Origin: a virus
Lineage: Duplodnaviria > Caudoviricetes
Strand: one strand, 5' to 3'
IMG/VR virus record: IMGVR_UViG_3300032050_000188
Span: 1 to 52,727 of that record
DNA: 52,727 nt
The notes below the pieces were generated by a model, which was given only the letters and a program-made list of their open reading frames with translations, was not told the DNA's origin and made no database searches. Numbering within the stretch: the first letter of the stretch is position 1; the number at the start of each line of letters is the position of its first letter. Of the stretch, positions 9,362-18,685 are shown piece after piece. A program made the translations under genes and the position numbers.

Positions 9362-9616
9362 ATGGCAAAGACCAACTTTAGTCCGACGTTCCCGATGTTT
9401 CCGGGGGACGCCGCTGCAGTCACGCCCAGTGACACGAACAACCTGCGTGAGCCTTCGGTGATCTTTGTGGGCACCACGGGTTCGCTGCGTGTGTTGACGG
9501 CTCAGGGCAGTGATGTGACGTTTGCTGCTGTCCCGGGCGGCACGGTGGTGCCGTTGCAGGTGATCCGCGTGTTTGCGTCTGGTACGTCCGCTACCAACAT
9601 TGTCAGGATTTTCTGA
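9362..9616 (+). CDS. Head spike base protein (RcGTA head-spike base-like)
   Basis: 84 aa, AAAVTPSD...IFVG..G.L.V....VTF..VP.G...P.QV.RV..SGTSATNIV pattern; followed by a fibre gene. Confidence 0.65.
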   Translation: MAKTNFSPTFPMFPGDAAAVTPSDTNNLREPSVIFVGTTGSLRVLTAQGSDVTFAAVPGGTVVPLQVIRVFASGTSATNIVRIF

Positions 9617-11124
9617 TGTCGTTCGGGTTTGGCTTCGCGCTTCCTGCGTACCCGTTGCGTGGTGGCACGGGGAACAACCCGTTCAATCAGCTTGGCCCGA
9701 CGTTGGACCTGTCTTTTGCGGGGGTGGTGACTGACCTAACCGACCCAAACGGGTACACGCTCAACACCGATTTCATCATCCCGCAGTATCAGATTGCTGC
9801 TCAATATGTAGTTTGGGAGACCGGCGTGGGACTCGTAGACAAAACCTTCTCGCAGATCATCACCTTTACCCGTGCATCGACGGCTACCTACTTCGACTCT
9901 GCCGGCGTGTTGCAGAGCGCCGCCATCGACGCCCCCCGCCTGGACTACAACCCGAGCACGCTTGCTGCGCAAGGCTTCTTGATTGAGGAGGCGAGGACGA
10001 ATTCACTGCCGCGCAGCGAAGAGTTCAGTGATGCAAGCTGGACAAAGGGCGGGGCTACCGTAACTGCTGATTCAACGACAGCGCCCAGCGGGACAGCCAC
10101 GGCAGACACGCTTGTTGAAGACACCTCAACCGGGCAGCACCGCGTTTATCGGTCGGTATCTGGCACGACAAACACAAACCCATATACCTACTCAATCTTT
10201 GCCAAGGCCAGCACACGAACTCGTGTCTACGTTGGTATTGCAGAGGGGACTACGTTTGTTCGCCAAGGAAATGCTGTTTTTGATTTGTCGGCGGGCATTG
10301 TTGTGAGTGCAGGGGGCGGAAGCGGAGGTGCTACCGGAGGTTCAGCAACAATTCAAAACGTCGGCAACGGCTGGTATCGCTGCACTTACACGCTGACCCT
10401 TGGCGGCACGGACACGACTATCTTTGGCGACATCAACTTAGTCAGTACAGGCACAACGATCAGCTACACCGGAAATGGAACAGCAGGCCTGTTCATCTGG
10501 GGCGCTCAACTCGAAGCCGGAGCCTTCGCCACCAGCTACATCCCCACAACGACAACGGCACTGACGCGCTCTGCTGACGTTGCCAGCGTGAATACGTTGT
10601 CGCCTTGGTATAACGCGACGGCTTCGACGCTTTACACCGAGTTCAACACTCCTGTGCCAACTACGGTAACAAACTCCGCAGTTGTTGCTGGGTATGACGA
10701 TGGAACTGCAAACAATCGGTTCTCAAACTTTTATACGTCAAACACAGGTGCTGTAAACACTATCCAAGTGACCGGTGGCGCAACAAACTACACAATCTCC
10801 GCTGTCACTGGGCTGGCGCTTTCCAACGTGCAAAAGCAGGCAACACGCTTTCAGGCGGGGAGCTATGCGTCATCCGCAAACGGCGCGGCGGCGGTAACGG
10901 ACTCGTTTGCTTCTGCACCGCCTACAGTCAACACGCTAAGGTTCGGTCTGCGCCCAAGTGGCACTCAAGCAAATATGTGGCTTCGCAGGGTGACTGTGTA
11001 TCCACGCGGCCTCACAAACCTAGAACTGCAAACGATCACGCTGCCAGCGGGTGCGACGATTACCACGCAAGACTACTCGTTTGATTCCAACTTCACCGGC
11101 AACACGGTTGCTATCGGGTCGTAA
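9616..11124 (+). CDS. Head spike fibre / LamG-like lectin protein (copy 1)
   Basis: TFTRASTATYFD...PRLDY...GFLIEEARTN and QLEAGAFATSYIPT...TR.AD motifs; GNGWYRC carbohydrate-binding-type insert. Confidence 0.7.
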   Translation: MSFGFGFALPAYPLRGGTGNNPFNQLGPTLDLSFAGVVTDLTDPNGYTLNTDFIIPQYQIAAQYVVWETGVGLVDKTFSQIITFTRASTATYFDSAGVLQSAAIDAPRLDYNPSTLAAQGFLIEEARTNSLPRSEEFSDASWTKGGATVTADSTTAPSGTATADTLVEDTSTGQHRVYRSVSGTTNTNPYTYSIFAKASTRTRVYVGIAEGTTFVRQGNAVFDLSAGIVVSAGGGSGGATGGSATIQNVGNGWYRCTYTLTLGGTDTTIFGDINLVSTGTTISYTGNGTAGLFIWGAQLEAGAFATSYIPTTTTALTRSADVASVNTLSPWYNATASTLYTEFNTPVPTTVTNSAVVAGYDDGTANNRFSNFYTSNTGAVNTIQVTGGATNYTISAVTGLALSNVQKQATRFQAGSYASSANGAAAVTDSFASAPPTVNTLRFGLRPSGTQANMWLRRVTVYPRGLTNLELQTITLPAGATITTQDYSFDSNFTGNTVAIGS

Positions 11125-11135
11125 GGAGCGAAGGC

Positions 11136-12368
11136 ATGCCAACCGTAACCACATACCCAGGCGTTTTTGGGCCTTACAGCCCGATCACCTTCACCCGTGC
11201 CAGCACGGCCACGTACTTCGACAGCACGGGCACCCTGCAGAGCGCAGCCATTGACGCTCCACGCCTGGACTACAACCCCAGCACGCTGGCGGCTCAGGGG
11301 CTGCTGATTGAGGAGGCGAGGACGAACAGCATCCGCAACAACACCATGGTGGGTGCGGTAGCTGGGACGCCGGGGACGCTGCCGACGAATTGGACTACAA
11401 GCCTTGCTGGAGGCGTATCAAGGGAAATTGTTGGTATTGGAACTGCAAACGGCATCAACTACATTGACATCCGTATTTTTGGAACAACCACAAACACAAA
11501 CCTTGCGCTCAATCTTGTGCTTGAAGGAAATACAATTGCTGCTGCGGTTGGACAAGTTTGGACAAGCAGTGCTTGGGTGTCTCTTGTCGGCGGCACTACT
11601 ACAGGAATAACTAACGTATACCTTACTCAGACTGAAAGATCCTCCGGTGGTACAGATTTAGCGTATTTAAATGGAACAAGCTTTCTTTCAACAATAAATT
11701 CAAATGTACGCAGAACATATTCTCCAACTTTAAGCAACGCATCCACTGCTTTTATTGTTCCGTCACTTTGGGTAACGCATACAGGTATTGGAGCGGCTGT
11801 TGACTTCACCTTGCGCATCGGCCTTCCCCAGCTAGAGCAGGGCGCGTTTGCCACCTCCGTCATCCCCACCACCACCACCGCGCTGACCCGTGCCCAAGAC
11901 CGTGCTGTAGTCAATACGATCAGCCCTTGGTACAACAGTGTGGCTGGCACCATTTACGCGGAGTTCTCGCTCACTTTGCCTGCGTCTGGGGGTAATCAGT
12001 TTTTTACGCAAACTAGCGATAATAGTTATAACAATCGTATTGTTAATAACATTAGTTCTACTGCTTTTCCAAATACCTCGACAGTGTCTGGCGGCACATC
12101 TGACGGATTTGCTTCTACAGCCGGTGCAGTAACGGCAAACACAACAGTAAAAGTCGCTGCGGCTTATGCGTCAAATGATTTAGCGATTTCTTTGAATGGC
12201 GGAACTGTAGCCACTGACAACACGGTAACCATTCCAAGTGGACTAACGCGCTTTGATCTTGGTTCGGATCACTTGGGTTTCAACAACGTCAAAGCAGGCT
12301 ACCTCCGCCGCATAACCTACTACCCCACGCGGTTGTCCAACGCCCAGTTGCAGGCCATCACAGCATGA
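11136..12368 (+). CDS. Head spike fibre / LamG-like lectin protein (copy 2)
   Basis: Same conserved blocks as copy 1 with different inserts; ends YYPTRLSNAQLQAIT. Confidence 0.7.
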   Translation: MPTVTTYPGVFGPYSPITFTRASTATYFDSTGTLQSAAIDAPRLDYNPSTLAAQGLLIEEARTNSIRNNTMVGAVAGTPGTLPTNWTTSLAGGVSREIVGIGTANGINYIDIRIFGTTTNTNLALNLVLEGNTIAAAVGQVWTSSAWVSLVGGTTTGITNVYLTQTERSSGGTDLAYLNGTSFLSTINSNVRRTYSPTLSNASTAFIVPSLWVTHTGIGAAVDFTLRIGLPQLEQGAFATSVIPTTTTALTRAQDRAVVNTISPWYNSVAGTIYAEFSLTLPASGGNQFFTQTSDNSYNNRIVNNISSTAFPNTSTVSGGTSDGFASTAGAVTANTTVKVAAAYASNDLAISLNGGTVATDNTVTIPSGLTRFDLGSDHLGFNNVKAGYLRRITYYPTRLSNAQLQAITA

Positions 12369-12442
12369 CCCACTTCCTACGCGGATTCCTAGACGGCTTG
12401 GCGTTGATGCCGCTGGTGCGCTGGATCAGGAAACGCAAATGA
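12365..12442 (+). CDS. 25-aa peptide MTHFLRGFLDGLALMPLVRWIRKRK (not in ORF track)
   Basis: Fills the gap exactly with ATGA overlaps at both ends. Confidence 0.55.
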   Translation: MTHFLRGFLDGLALMPLVRWIRKRK

Positions 12443-12789
12443 CCTACGACCCCTTCGACCCATTCAACGAGGTGCCCATGTACCACGATACCTTCCTGAA
12501 ATTCGCTGACGAAGCCGAGGCCAACGCGGCGCTGTTCACCGAGCAGACCAACGTGCAGGGCGATGTGGTCGAGACGGTGCTGGTGCCCAAGTACGCGGCG
12601 GTGGATGTCGTTGGCACCATCTACAAGCCCACGGGCAAGGTGCTGCCTGCTGAGGACGAAAGCGGCGAAGCGGTGGATGAGATGGCTCCGATTGACGGCT
12701 GGCATGTCAACGTGCGCCACACCGACGAGGCCCCGGAGTTGGCACCGTACCAAGTATTTCCGGTAACGCCTGCGAGAATGTGGGCCTGA
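12439..12789 (+). CDS. Fibre-associated protein (possible chaperone)
   Basis: LKFADEAEA...DVVGTIYKPTG...GWHVNVR...P.TP.R.WA pattern typical of genes after such fibres. Confidence 0.6.
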   Translation: MTYDPFDPFNEVPMYHDTFLKFADEAEANAALFTEQTNVQGDVVETVLVPKYAAVDVVGTIYKPTGKVLPAEDESGEAVDEMAPIDGWHVNVRHTDEAPELAPYQVFPVTPARMWA

Positions 12790-12791
12790 TC

Positions 12792-13046
12792 ATGGCTAAG
12801 TCGCCTGCTTGGACCCGGAAGGAAGGCAAGGCAGAATCAGGCGGTCTGAACGCCAAGGGCCGTGCCAGCTACAACAAAGCCAACCCCGGCAAGCCTGGGC
12901 TGAAAGCGCCGCAACCCGAAGGTGGCCCGCGCCGAGATTCGTTCTGCGCCCGGATGAAGGGTATGAAAGCCAAGCTCACCAGCGAGAAGACGGCCAAAGA
13001 TCCGAACTCTCGTATCAACAAAAGCCTGAGGGCATGGAAGTGTTGA
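12792..13046 (+). CDS. Small basic phage protein (DUF6321-like)
   Basis: AWTRKEGK..GGLN.KGRASYN...RR.SFCARM.G...SRINKSLRAWKC. Confidence 0.7.
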   Translation: MAKSPAWTRKEGKAESGGLNAKGRASYNKANPGKPGLKAPQPEGGPRRDSFCARMKGMKAKLTSEKTAKDPNSRINKSLRAWKC

Positions 13047-13047
13047 G

Positions 13048-13296
13048 ATGGAAGCGACAATACTCTGGAACCTCGTCCTGACCATCCTGATCGGTGCAGT
13101 GGCGTTCTTCATGTCCTCCAAATTCCGGGAGCTTGACCGCATATCTATCCTGCTCAACCGCACGCGGGAAGAGATTGCCCGTGACCACATCACGCGGTCT
13201 GAGTTCCGGCAAGACATGAAAAGTCTCTTTGAGCGTTTTGATGCCATAGAGAAAAAATTGGACAATCTGCGTGAGCGCAAGCGGGAGATAGACTGA
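13048..13296 (+). CDS. Membrane-anchored coiled-coil protein
   Basis: N-terminal hydrophobic helix, LLNRTREEIARD, coiled-coil tail. Confidence 0.65.
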   Translation: MEATILWNLVLTILIGAVAFFMSSKFRELDRISILLNRTREEIARDHITRSEFRQDMKSLFERFDAIEKKLDNLRERKREID

Positions 13297-13643
13297 TGGC
13301 CTCTCAAAAAGAAGATGGTGATATTCAAGAAATACACCCAACAGAAGTTTATAAACCTCCCGTTAAAAAACTGGATGCGAAAGAACGTGCGCTAAAAGTT
13401 TTGAAAAATTGGAGGGGCTCTCCAACAGCATTTAACCCTGCAGTTGGCGCTTACACAGATATGGCGTATGAGGCATATAAAAAGTTAACCGGCAATGCTC
13501 CGCTGGAAGACTTGTCGGATAAAGTGCGAAGGGCAGCAAAAGACACCCCCAAAATGGCAACAGAAAAATTTGCTGCTGGTGGTAAAGTCCGCCAAATTGA
13601 CGGCTGCGCACAGCGCGGAAAGACCAAAGGGCGGGTGGTGTAG
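13296..13643 (+). CDS. Hypothetical protein with C-terminal FAAGG / GKTKG tail
   Basis: AT-rich body; ends FAAGGKVRQIDGCAQRGKTKGRVV. Confidence 0.65.
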   Translation: MASQKEDGDIQEIHPTEVYKPPVKKLDAKERALKVLKNWRGSPTAFNPAVGAYTDMAYEAYKKLTGNAPLEDLSDKVRRAAKDTPKMATEKFAAGGKVRQIDGCAQRGKTKGRVV

Positions 13644-13954
13644 TGCCCCTTAAGTCGGAAGCTCAAAAACGGTTCATGTATGCCTCTCTCGCTGGCAAGA
13701 CGGATGTCCCGCCTAGCGTAGCGAAGAAGTTTGTCGGGCCAGAGGCCCATAAGGAGTCTGAGATGGCTGAGTCGAAGAAGATGATCGGTAAGGAGTTGGC
13801 CTTCATGAAAAAGAAGGGCGCTCCGAAGTCCATGATCAAGCACGAGATGGCCGAGGCCAAAGGTAAGGGTTACGCCCGAGGCGGCGGCATCGAGTCCAAG
13901 GGTAAGACCAAGGGCAAGATGGTCAAGATGGCAATGGGCGGCAAAGCCTGCTAA
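13643..13954 (+). CDS. Small basic protein with YARGG and MAMGG motifs
   Basis: GTG start overlapping the upstream stop; internal SD AAGGAG before ATG 13763. Confidence 0.65.
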   Translation: MPLKSEAQKRFMYASLAGKTDVPPSVAKKFVGPEAHKESEMAESKKMIGKELAFMKKKGAPKSMIKHEMAEAKGKGYARGGGIESKGKTKGKMVKMAMGGKAC

Positions 13955-13964
13955 GAGGTAAATC

Positions 13965-14186
13965 ATGGACTACGCAGCCGAAGCTAAACGAGAAGTTGGT
14001 TCTCTCAGGAAGCGCTACCCCGAGAAGCCGCCTGCAGGCATCCGTGCCGAGTTGGACGCCATGAAGCAGGAAAAGGCCAATGAGGCTGGCATGAAGGTCC
14101 ATGAAGGCCGCAAGCTCGCCAAAGGCGGCTCCGTCAAAGGCGGCGGCTGTGAGCAGCGTGGCCTGAGAAAGTGCAAGGTGATGTAA
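13965..14186 (+). CDS. Small basic protein with LAKGG motif
   Basis: SD GAGG; ends LAKGGSVKGGGCEQRGLRKCKVM. Confidence 0.65.
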   Translation: MDYAAEAKREVGSLRKRYPEKPPAGIRAELDAMKQEKANEAGMKVHEGRKLAKGGSVKGGGCEQRGLRKCKVM

Positions 14187-14426
14187 GTGCGTGCATCACG
14201 CGGTATGGGTGCCATCCGCCCGGAACTCAAAGGCAAGGTCAAGAAGCGCCGTGACAACACCGACTTTACCGAGTACGCCGAGGGCGGCGAAGTTGGCCTC
14301 TACGCCAACATCAATGCCAAGCGCAAACGGATTGCCGCAGGATCGGGCGAAACCATGCGCAAGCCGGGTGCTCCCGGCGCTCCTACTGCCAAAGCGTTTA
14401 AGCGTTCCGCAATGACGGCGAAGTGA
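14187..14426 (+). CDS. Small basic protein with YAEGG motif
   Basis: MRASRGMGAI start, GLYANINAKRKRI motif. Confidence 0.65.
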   Translation: MRASRGMGAIRPELKGKVKKRRDNTDFTEYAEGGEVGLYANINAKRKRIAAGSGETMRKPGAPGAPTAKAFKRSAMTAK

Positions 14427-14427
14427 A

Positions 14428-15123
14428 ATGACAACCTCCGGCACCACTACATTTGACATGGATCTCAACGAGTACGTTGAGGAAGCCTTTGAGCGCTGTG
14501 GTGCGGAGCTTCGCACGGGTTATGACCTGAAGACCGCACGGCGGTCCATGAACCTGCTTTTTACAGACTGGGCCAACCGGGGGATTAACCTTTGGACGGT
14601 AGAGCAAGGATCGCAAGTCTTGACACCCGGTACAAATACGTACACCCTTCCTGCCGACACGGTGGATCTTCTTGAGCATGTGATCCGCACAGGTGCGGGG
14701 AACGTCTCCACGCAGACAGACCTGACTATCACGCGCATCTCGGTCTCCACCTACTCCAGCATCCCGAACAAACTGCAACAGGCAAGGCCGATCCAGATCT
14801 GGATCAACCGCCAAGCGCCCGCGCCGCAGTTCACGGTGTGGCCCACGCCCGACAACTCGCAGACCTACACGCTGGTCTACTGGCGGCTGCGCCGCATACA
14901 GGACGCTGGTGCCGGTGGCACGTACACGCAGGACATCCCGTTCCGCTTCTTGAATGCTTTGGTCGCCGGTCTTGCATACTACCTGTCCATGAAGATCCCA
15001 GGCGCGATGGAAAGAATGCAGGTATTGAAGGCTCAATATGACGAAGCTTGGGACCTTGCCTCGACGGAAGACCGTGAGAAGGCTGCGGTGCGGTTTGTGC
15101 CGCGCCAGATGTTTATAAGCTGA
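14428..15123 (+). CDS. Head-tail adaptor / head completion protein
   Basis: EEAFERCG, ARRSMNLLF.DWANRGINLWT, WPTPD, PFRF...LVAGLAYYL. Confidence 0.65.
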   Translation: MTTSGTTTFDMDLNEYVEEAFERCGAELRTGYDLKTARRSMNLLFTDWANRGINLWTVEQGSQVLTPGTNTYTLPADTVDLLEHVIRTGAGNVSTQTDLTITRISVSTYSSIPNKLQQARPIQIWINRQAPAPQFTVWPTPDNSQTYTLVYWRLRRIQDAGAGGTYTQDIPFRFLNALVAGLAYYLSMKIPGAMERMQVLKAQYDEAWDLASTEDREKAAVRFVPRQMFIS

Positions 15124-15131
15124 GGTTCGTT

Positions 15132-15770
15132 ATGCTCGACTTAAACATCAACGAAATAAAAAGACCTAATGGAGCTATTGGCTTCCAAGGTGTAGATGCG
15201 GAAAACATTCGTAGTATTTTAAAAAATGTAGCAAAGCTGCCCATACCAGAAAATGCTTCAATGCGTGAGATGGTTGATATTTTTAAACAAAACCCAGAAG
15301 CACAAAATAAAGTAAGAAGTTTAATGCTCAAACAACCTTTAGAAGGTTTTGAGCTACCTGATGGAACAATCTCCATAAAAGACGGGCATCATCGTGCGTT
15401 TTTGTTAAACCAAGTTGGCGACAAGACGTTGCCTGCAAGTATAAAAGACTACACCGGCCCATCAAAACCAAAAGCCGTTGGCAAAGCAGGTATTGCTGCA
15501 GCCCTAGCCGGTGGCGCTGGTGCGGCCAGCGCAGGAGACCTTCGCCGTGCAGCGGGGGATGTGGCCGAATCGTTTTTGCCGCTGGGGGTAACACCATCTA
15601 CACTGGCCCCAGGTACACTGACGCCCGAGCAACGCGCCGCTTCTGATGCGGCGACACAACGTAAACGCCAGCAGGAAGAAGCAGCCAAGATGAAGGCCCA
15701 GGCGTTGCTGCGTACAGGTGTGCCAATGCCAGATGAGTACCGCCAAGGCGGTCGGGTCAGGATGATCTGA
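15132..15770 (+). CDS. ParB/Srx-like domain protein with C-terminal YRQGG motif
   Basis: I.IKDGHHRA motif in the AT-rich N-half; GC-rich Ala/Gly-rich C-half ending YRQGGRVRMI. Confidence 0.55.
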   Translation: MLDLNINEIKRPNGAIGFQGVDAENIRSILKNVAKLPIPENASMREMVDIFKQNPEAQNKVRSLMLKQPLEGFELPDGTISIKDGHHRAFLLNQVGDKTLPASIKDYTGPSKPKAVGKAGIAAALAGGAGAASAGDLRRAAGDVAESFLPLGVTPSTLAPGTLTPEQRAASDAATQRKRQQEEAAKMKAQALLRTGVPMPDEYRQGGRVRMI

Positions 15771-15771
15771 C

Positions 15772-16164
15772 ATGGCTAACAGGTTTGCAAACGGCGCAAA
15801 GGCATTCGGTTTCTGCGATGTCTGTGGGTTTCGTTTCGACCTGAAGAAGCTGAAAAATTTGGTCGTCAAGACAAAAAACACACAAATCCGTTCGTGTCCT
15901 TCGTGCTGGAGTCCTGATCATCCACAACTCCAATTGGGCATGTATGAAATTTCGGACCCCCAGGCCATCCGAGATCCTCGTCCAGACACAAACACTTGGT
16001 ACGCCTCGGGCCAAACGGCTATCGGGTCTATTGGTGAAGGCAGCAGAGTGATTGAGTGGGGCTGGGCACCTGTAGGCGGGTCCAGCGGGTTTGATGCGCC
16101 CTTGACGCCAAACGCCTTGGCACCACAGGGTTTAGTAGGTACAGTCACGGTGTCCGTGACCTAA
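15772..16164 (+). CDS. Zinc-binding phage protein
   Basis: CDVCG...CPSCW..DHPQL...DPQA.RDPRPD. Confidence 0.7.
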   Translation: MANRFANGAKAFGFCDVCGFRFDLKKLKNLVVKTKNTQIRSCPSCWSPDHPQLQLGMYEISDPQAIRDPRPDTNTWYASGQTAIGSIGEGSRVIEWGWAPVGGSSGFDAPLTPNALAPQGLVGTVTVSVT

Positions 16165-16170
16165 GGAGCG

Positions 16171-16335
16171 ATGATGAAAGATGTCCACAAGCACGAGCGT
16201 GCAATGCACCCAGGTAAGCCGCTGACCAAGTTGGCAAAGGGCGGCAAAGCCTTCAAAAAGGGCGGCCCCACCACCGATGACCGCATGCGCCTGGGCAAGA
16301 ATATGTCCCGCGCCATGAACCAGAAGACGGGGTGA
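16171..16335 (+). CDS. 54-aa basic protein with LAKGG / FKKGG motifs (not in ORF track)
   Basis: SD AAGGAG; MMKDVHKHERAMHPGKPLTKLAKGGKAFKKGGPTTDDRMRLGKNMSRAMNQKTG. Confidence 0.7.
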   Translation: MMKDVHKHERAMHPGKPLTKLAKGGKAFKKGGPTTDDRMRLGKNMSRAMNQKTG

Positions 16336-16338
16336 GCC

Positions 16339-16527
16339 ATGAAGACCAAGAAACTTGCTCCTGCCAAGTCCAGCTATCCCCAAGGTGCTGAGAACCCCCG
16401 TGACCTGTGCATGGTGGTTGGGAACTCCTCCAAGGAGGTTGCTCCCCCGGCCAAAACCTCTGGCGTGAAGATGCGCGGTGCTGGTGCGGCTACCCGTGGC
16501 TTCATGGCCCGTGGGCCGATGGCGTGA
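16339..16527 (+). CDS. Small basic protein
   Basis: Ends KTSGVKMRGAGAATRGFMARGPMA. Confidence 0.65.
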   Translation: MKTKKLAPAKSSYPQGAENPRDLCMVVGNSSKEVAPPAKTSGVKMRGAGAATRGFMARGPMA

Positions 16528-16535
16528 GGTAAACA

Positions 16536-17189
16536 GTGGCGCTCTCGTACTCGCAGCTTCAAGCTGCCGTGGAAGATTATTGCGAAAATACGTTTTCCGC
16601 GACAGATTTCGGGGTTATGACCGGGCTGGCTGAGCAACGTATTTACAACGCTGTTCAGTTGCCGATCCTTCGTAAGAACGTCTTGGGCACTTTGACAATT
16701 GGTAACCAATACCTCTCAGCGCCACCGGACTTCTTGTCGGTTTTTAGTCTCGCGGTTGTAAACGGCTCCAGTTACGAGTTCCTTCTGAACAAAGATGTGA
16801 ACTTTATTCGGGAGTCGTTTCCAAATCCTGCATCTACCGGAGTGCCAAAGTATTACGCGCTGTTTGGACCGAATTCTGTGACCCCCACGGAGCAGACGTT
16901 TATTCTTGGCCCAACGCCAAGCGCAGCGCTGGTAACGGATCTGAACTATTTTGGATACCCCGAGAGCATCGTGACAGCCACCAATACATGGCTTGGCGAC
17001 AATTTTGACAGCGTGCTGTTCAACGCGGTACTGGTCGAAGCTGCCCGGTTCATGAAGCAAGAGCCTGACATCGTGGCCGAGACGGACAAGCAGTACGTGC
17101 AATCCCTGACGCTGCTGAAGAACCTGGGTGATGGTAAAAATAGGATGGATGCGTATCGTAGCGGGCAGGTAAGAACGCAGGTGATCTGA
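16536..17189 (+). CDS. Tail adaptor / tail tubular protein A-like
   Basis: Y..L...V.DY.E, AEQRIYN, G.PKYYA.F, LGPTP, TWLGDN, D.YRSG. Confidence 0.6.
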   Translation: MALSYSQLQAAVEDYCENTFSATDFGVMTGLAEQRIYNAVQLPILRKNVLGTLTIGNQYLSAPPDFLSVFSLAVVNGSSYEFLLNKDVNFIRESFPNPASTGVPKYYALFGPNSVTPTEQTFILGPTPSAALVTDLNYFGYPESIVTATNTWLGDNFDSVLFNAVLVEAARFMKQEPDIVAETDKQYVQSLTLLKNLGDGKNRMDAYRSGQVRTQVI

Positions 17190-17190
17190 T

Positions 17191-17613
17191 ATGGCTATTG
17201 TTCAAACGCAGACCACCAGCTTCAAGGCGGAACTATTCACAGGCACGCATGTGTTTGGGACGGACACGTTCAAACTTGCCCTGTATGCTTCAACTGCGGA
17301 CCTTGGTGCGGCCACGACGGTCTACACAACTTCCAGTGAGGTGCCCGCAAGCGGCACTTACGCGGCTGGCGGCGGGGTATTGACAGGCGTGTTGGTCTCC
17401 AGTTCTGCCACGACGGCTTGGGTGACGTTTGACAATATCTCGTTCACATCTGCCACGATCACTGCCCGTGGAGCGCTGATCTACAATTTCAGTAAAGGCA
17501 ACAAGAGTGTTGCGGTGCTGGATTTTGGCTCTGACAAAGTGGTAGCAGGCGGCACGTTTACAGTGCAGATGCCCATTGCAAACGCAAGCAACGCATTGAT
17601 TCGCATCGCATAA
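17191..17613 (+). CDS. Virion structural protein
   Basis: SFKAEL, FKLALY, Y.AGG..L, ITARGALIYN, VLDFGSDK. Confidence 0.65.
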   Translation: MAIVQTQTTSFKAELFTGTHVFGTDTFKLALYASTADLGAATTVYTTSSEVPASGTYAAGGGVLTGVLVSSSATTAWVTFDNISFTSATITARGALIYNFSKGNKSVAVLDFGSDKVVAGGTFTVQMPIANASNALIRIA

Positions 17614-17623
17614 GAGGTAAGAA

Positions 17624-18028
17624 ATGGCAAATGCAATTTATCCGAAGTACAAGGAAACCATCCTTGGAGCAGCGACGAACACCAATCTGCTGTCTGGCAC
17701 GGTGAAGGTTGCTCTGGTTGATACAGGTACATACACCTACTCTGCGGCGCATCAGTTTCTGACTTCACTGACTGGCGTGGTTGGGACGGCTCAGACGATT
17801 GGTGCCACCAAGACTGTGACCGATGGTGTATTTGATGGTGCTGATGTGACCTACACCTCGGTGACTGGCAACTCGGTTGAGGCGCTGGTCATTTATGTTG
17901 ACACTGGTTCGTCGGCAACTTCGCCGCTCGTTGCATATATTGACACCGGAGTAACGGGTTTGCCAGTCACGCCTAATGGCGGCAATATCAGCATTACGTG
18001 GAACGCCAGCGGTATCTTTGCGCTGTAA
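17624..18028 (+). CDS. Virion structural protein, distant relative of 17191-17613
   Basis: VKVALV, ALVIY, LVAYID, PVTPNGGNISITW. Confidence 0.6.
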   Translation: MANAIYPKYKETILGAATNTNLLSGTVKVALVDTGTYTYSAAHQFLTSLTGVVGTAQTIGATKTVTDGVFDGADVTYTSVTGNSVEALVIYVDTGSSATSPLVAYIDTGVTGLPVTPNGGNISITWNASGIFAL

Positions 18029-18031
18029 GGT

Positions 18032-18685
18032 ATGTCTCTCCCAAATGACTCAATCGCCGTCACCCCTGGCTCGGGGGCGACGGTGGCCACACAACTGGTG
18101 TCCTCCAAGGAGTACCAAGTGGTCATGCTGGCGCTGCCAGACGGGCACCTGAGTGGCAGCCTGCCGCAGTACCGCATGATCTGCCCCGCGCAGGCGGTGG
18201 GTGCCAACAAGGTGTTTTTGGACCTGTTCAACGCCACCGGAAGCGGGGTTTCGCTGCGCGTGCTGTCCGCGTACTGTTACGTGGACAACGACACGGCAGT
18301 GACGGGCACCTTGGGGGTTGAGGTCAACCTGACGCGCACCACGGCGGTAGGAACGGGCGGCACCGCGGCTACTGCCGATGGCACCTCGCTGACCGCCATC
18401 ACCATCAGCAAGATGGATACCGCTAACGCTGCGCTGTCGGCCAACATCACGGCCCGTTCTGCTCCCGGTGGTGGAGCAACGGCTGGCGCTCTGATCGGAC
18501 AGCGGTTTGTGTTCACCGAGGAGACCAACGCCGCCAGCGGCATTGCTGGGGTCTTGGGAGCGGAGTTTGTCCGCAACGAGGGCGCGGACTTGATCGTGCG
18601 CGAGAACACCGGCCTGCGGTTTGTACAAGGCTCTGTGGCGTCTGTAGGCAGTCTGTCCTTCGAGATCACCTTCGAGGTGTTCTAA
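18032..18685 (+). CDS. Putative tail / virion protein
   Basis: 217 aa, beta-rich, co-directional within the tail module. Confidence 0.5.
   Translation: MSLPNDSIAVTPGSGATVATQLVSSKEYQVVMLALPDGHLSGSLPQYRMICPAQAVGANKVFLDLFNATGSGVSLRVLSAYCYVDNDTAVTGTLGVEVNLTRTTAVGTGGTAATADGTSLTAITISKMDTANAALSANITARSAPGGGATAGALIGQRFVFTEETNAASGIAGVLGAEFVRNEGADLIVRENTGLRFVQGSVASVGSLSFEITFEVF

Noticed and set aside
9616-12368. Diversity-generating retroelement template/variable repeat pair, or read-through fusion of the two fibres
   Set aside because: No reverse transcriptase in the window, differences are not adenine-specific, and the genes are in different frames with a separate SD
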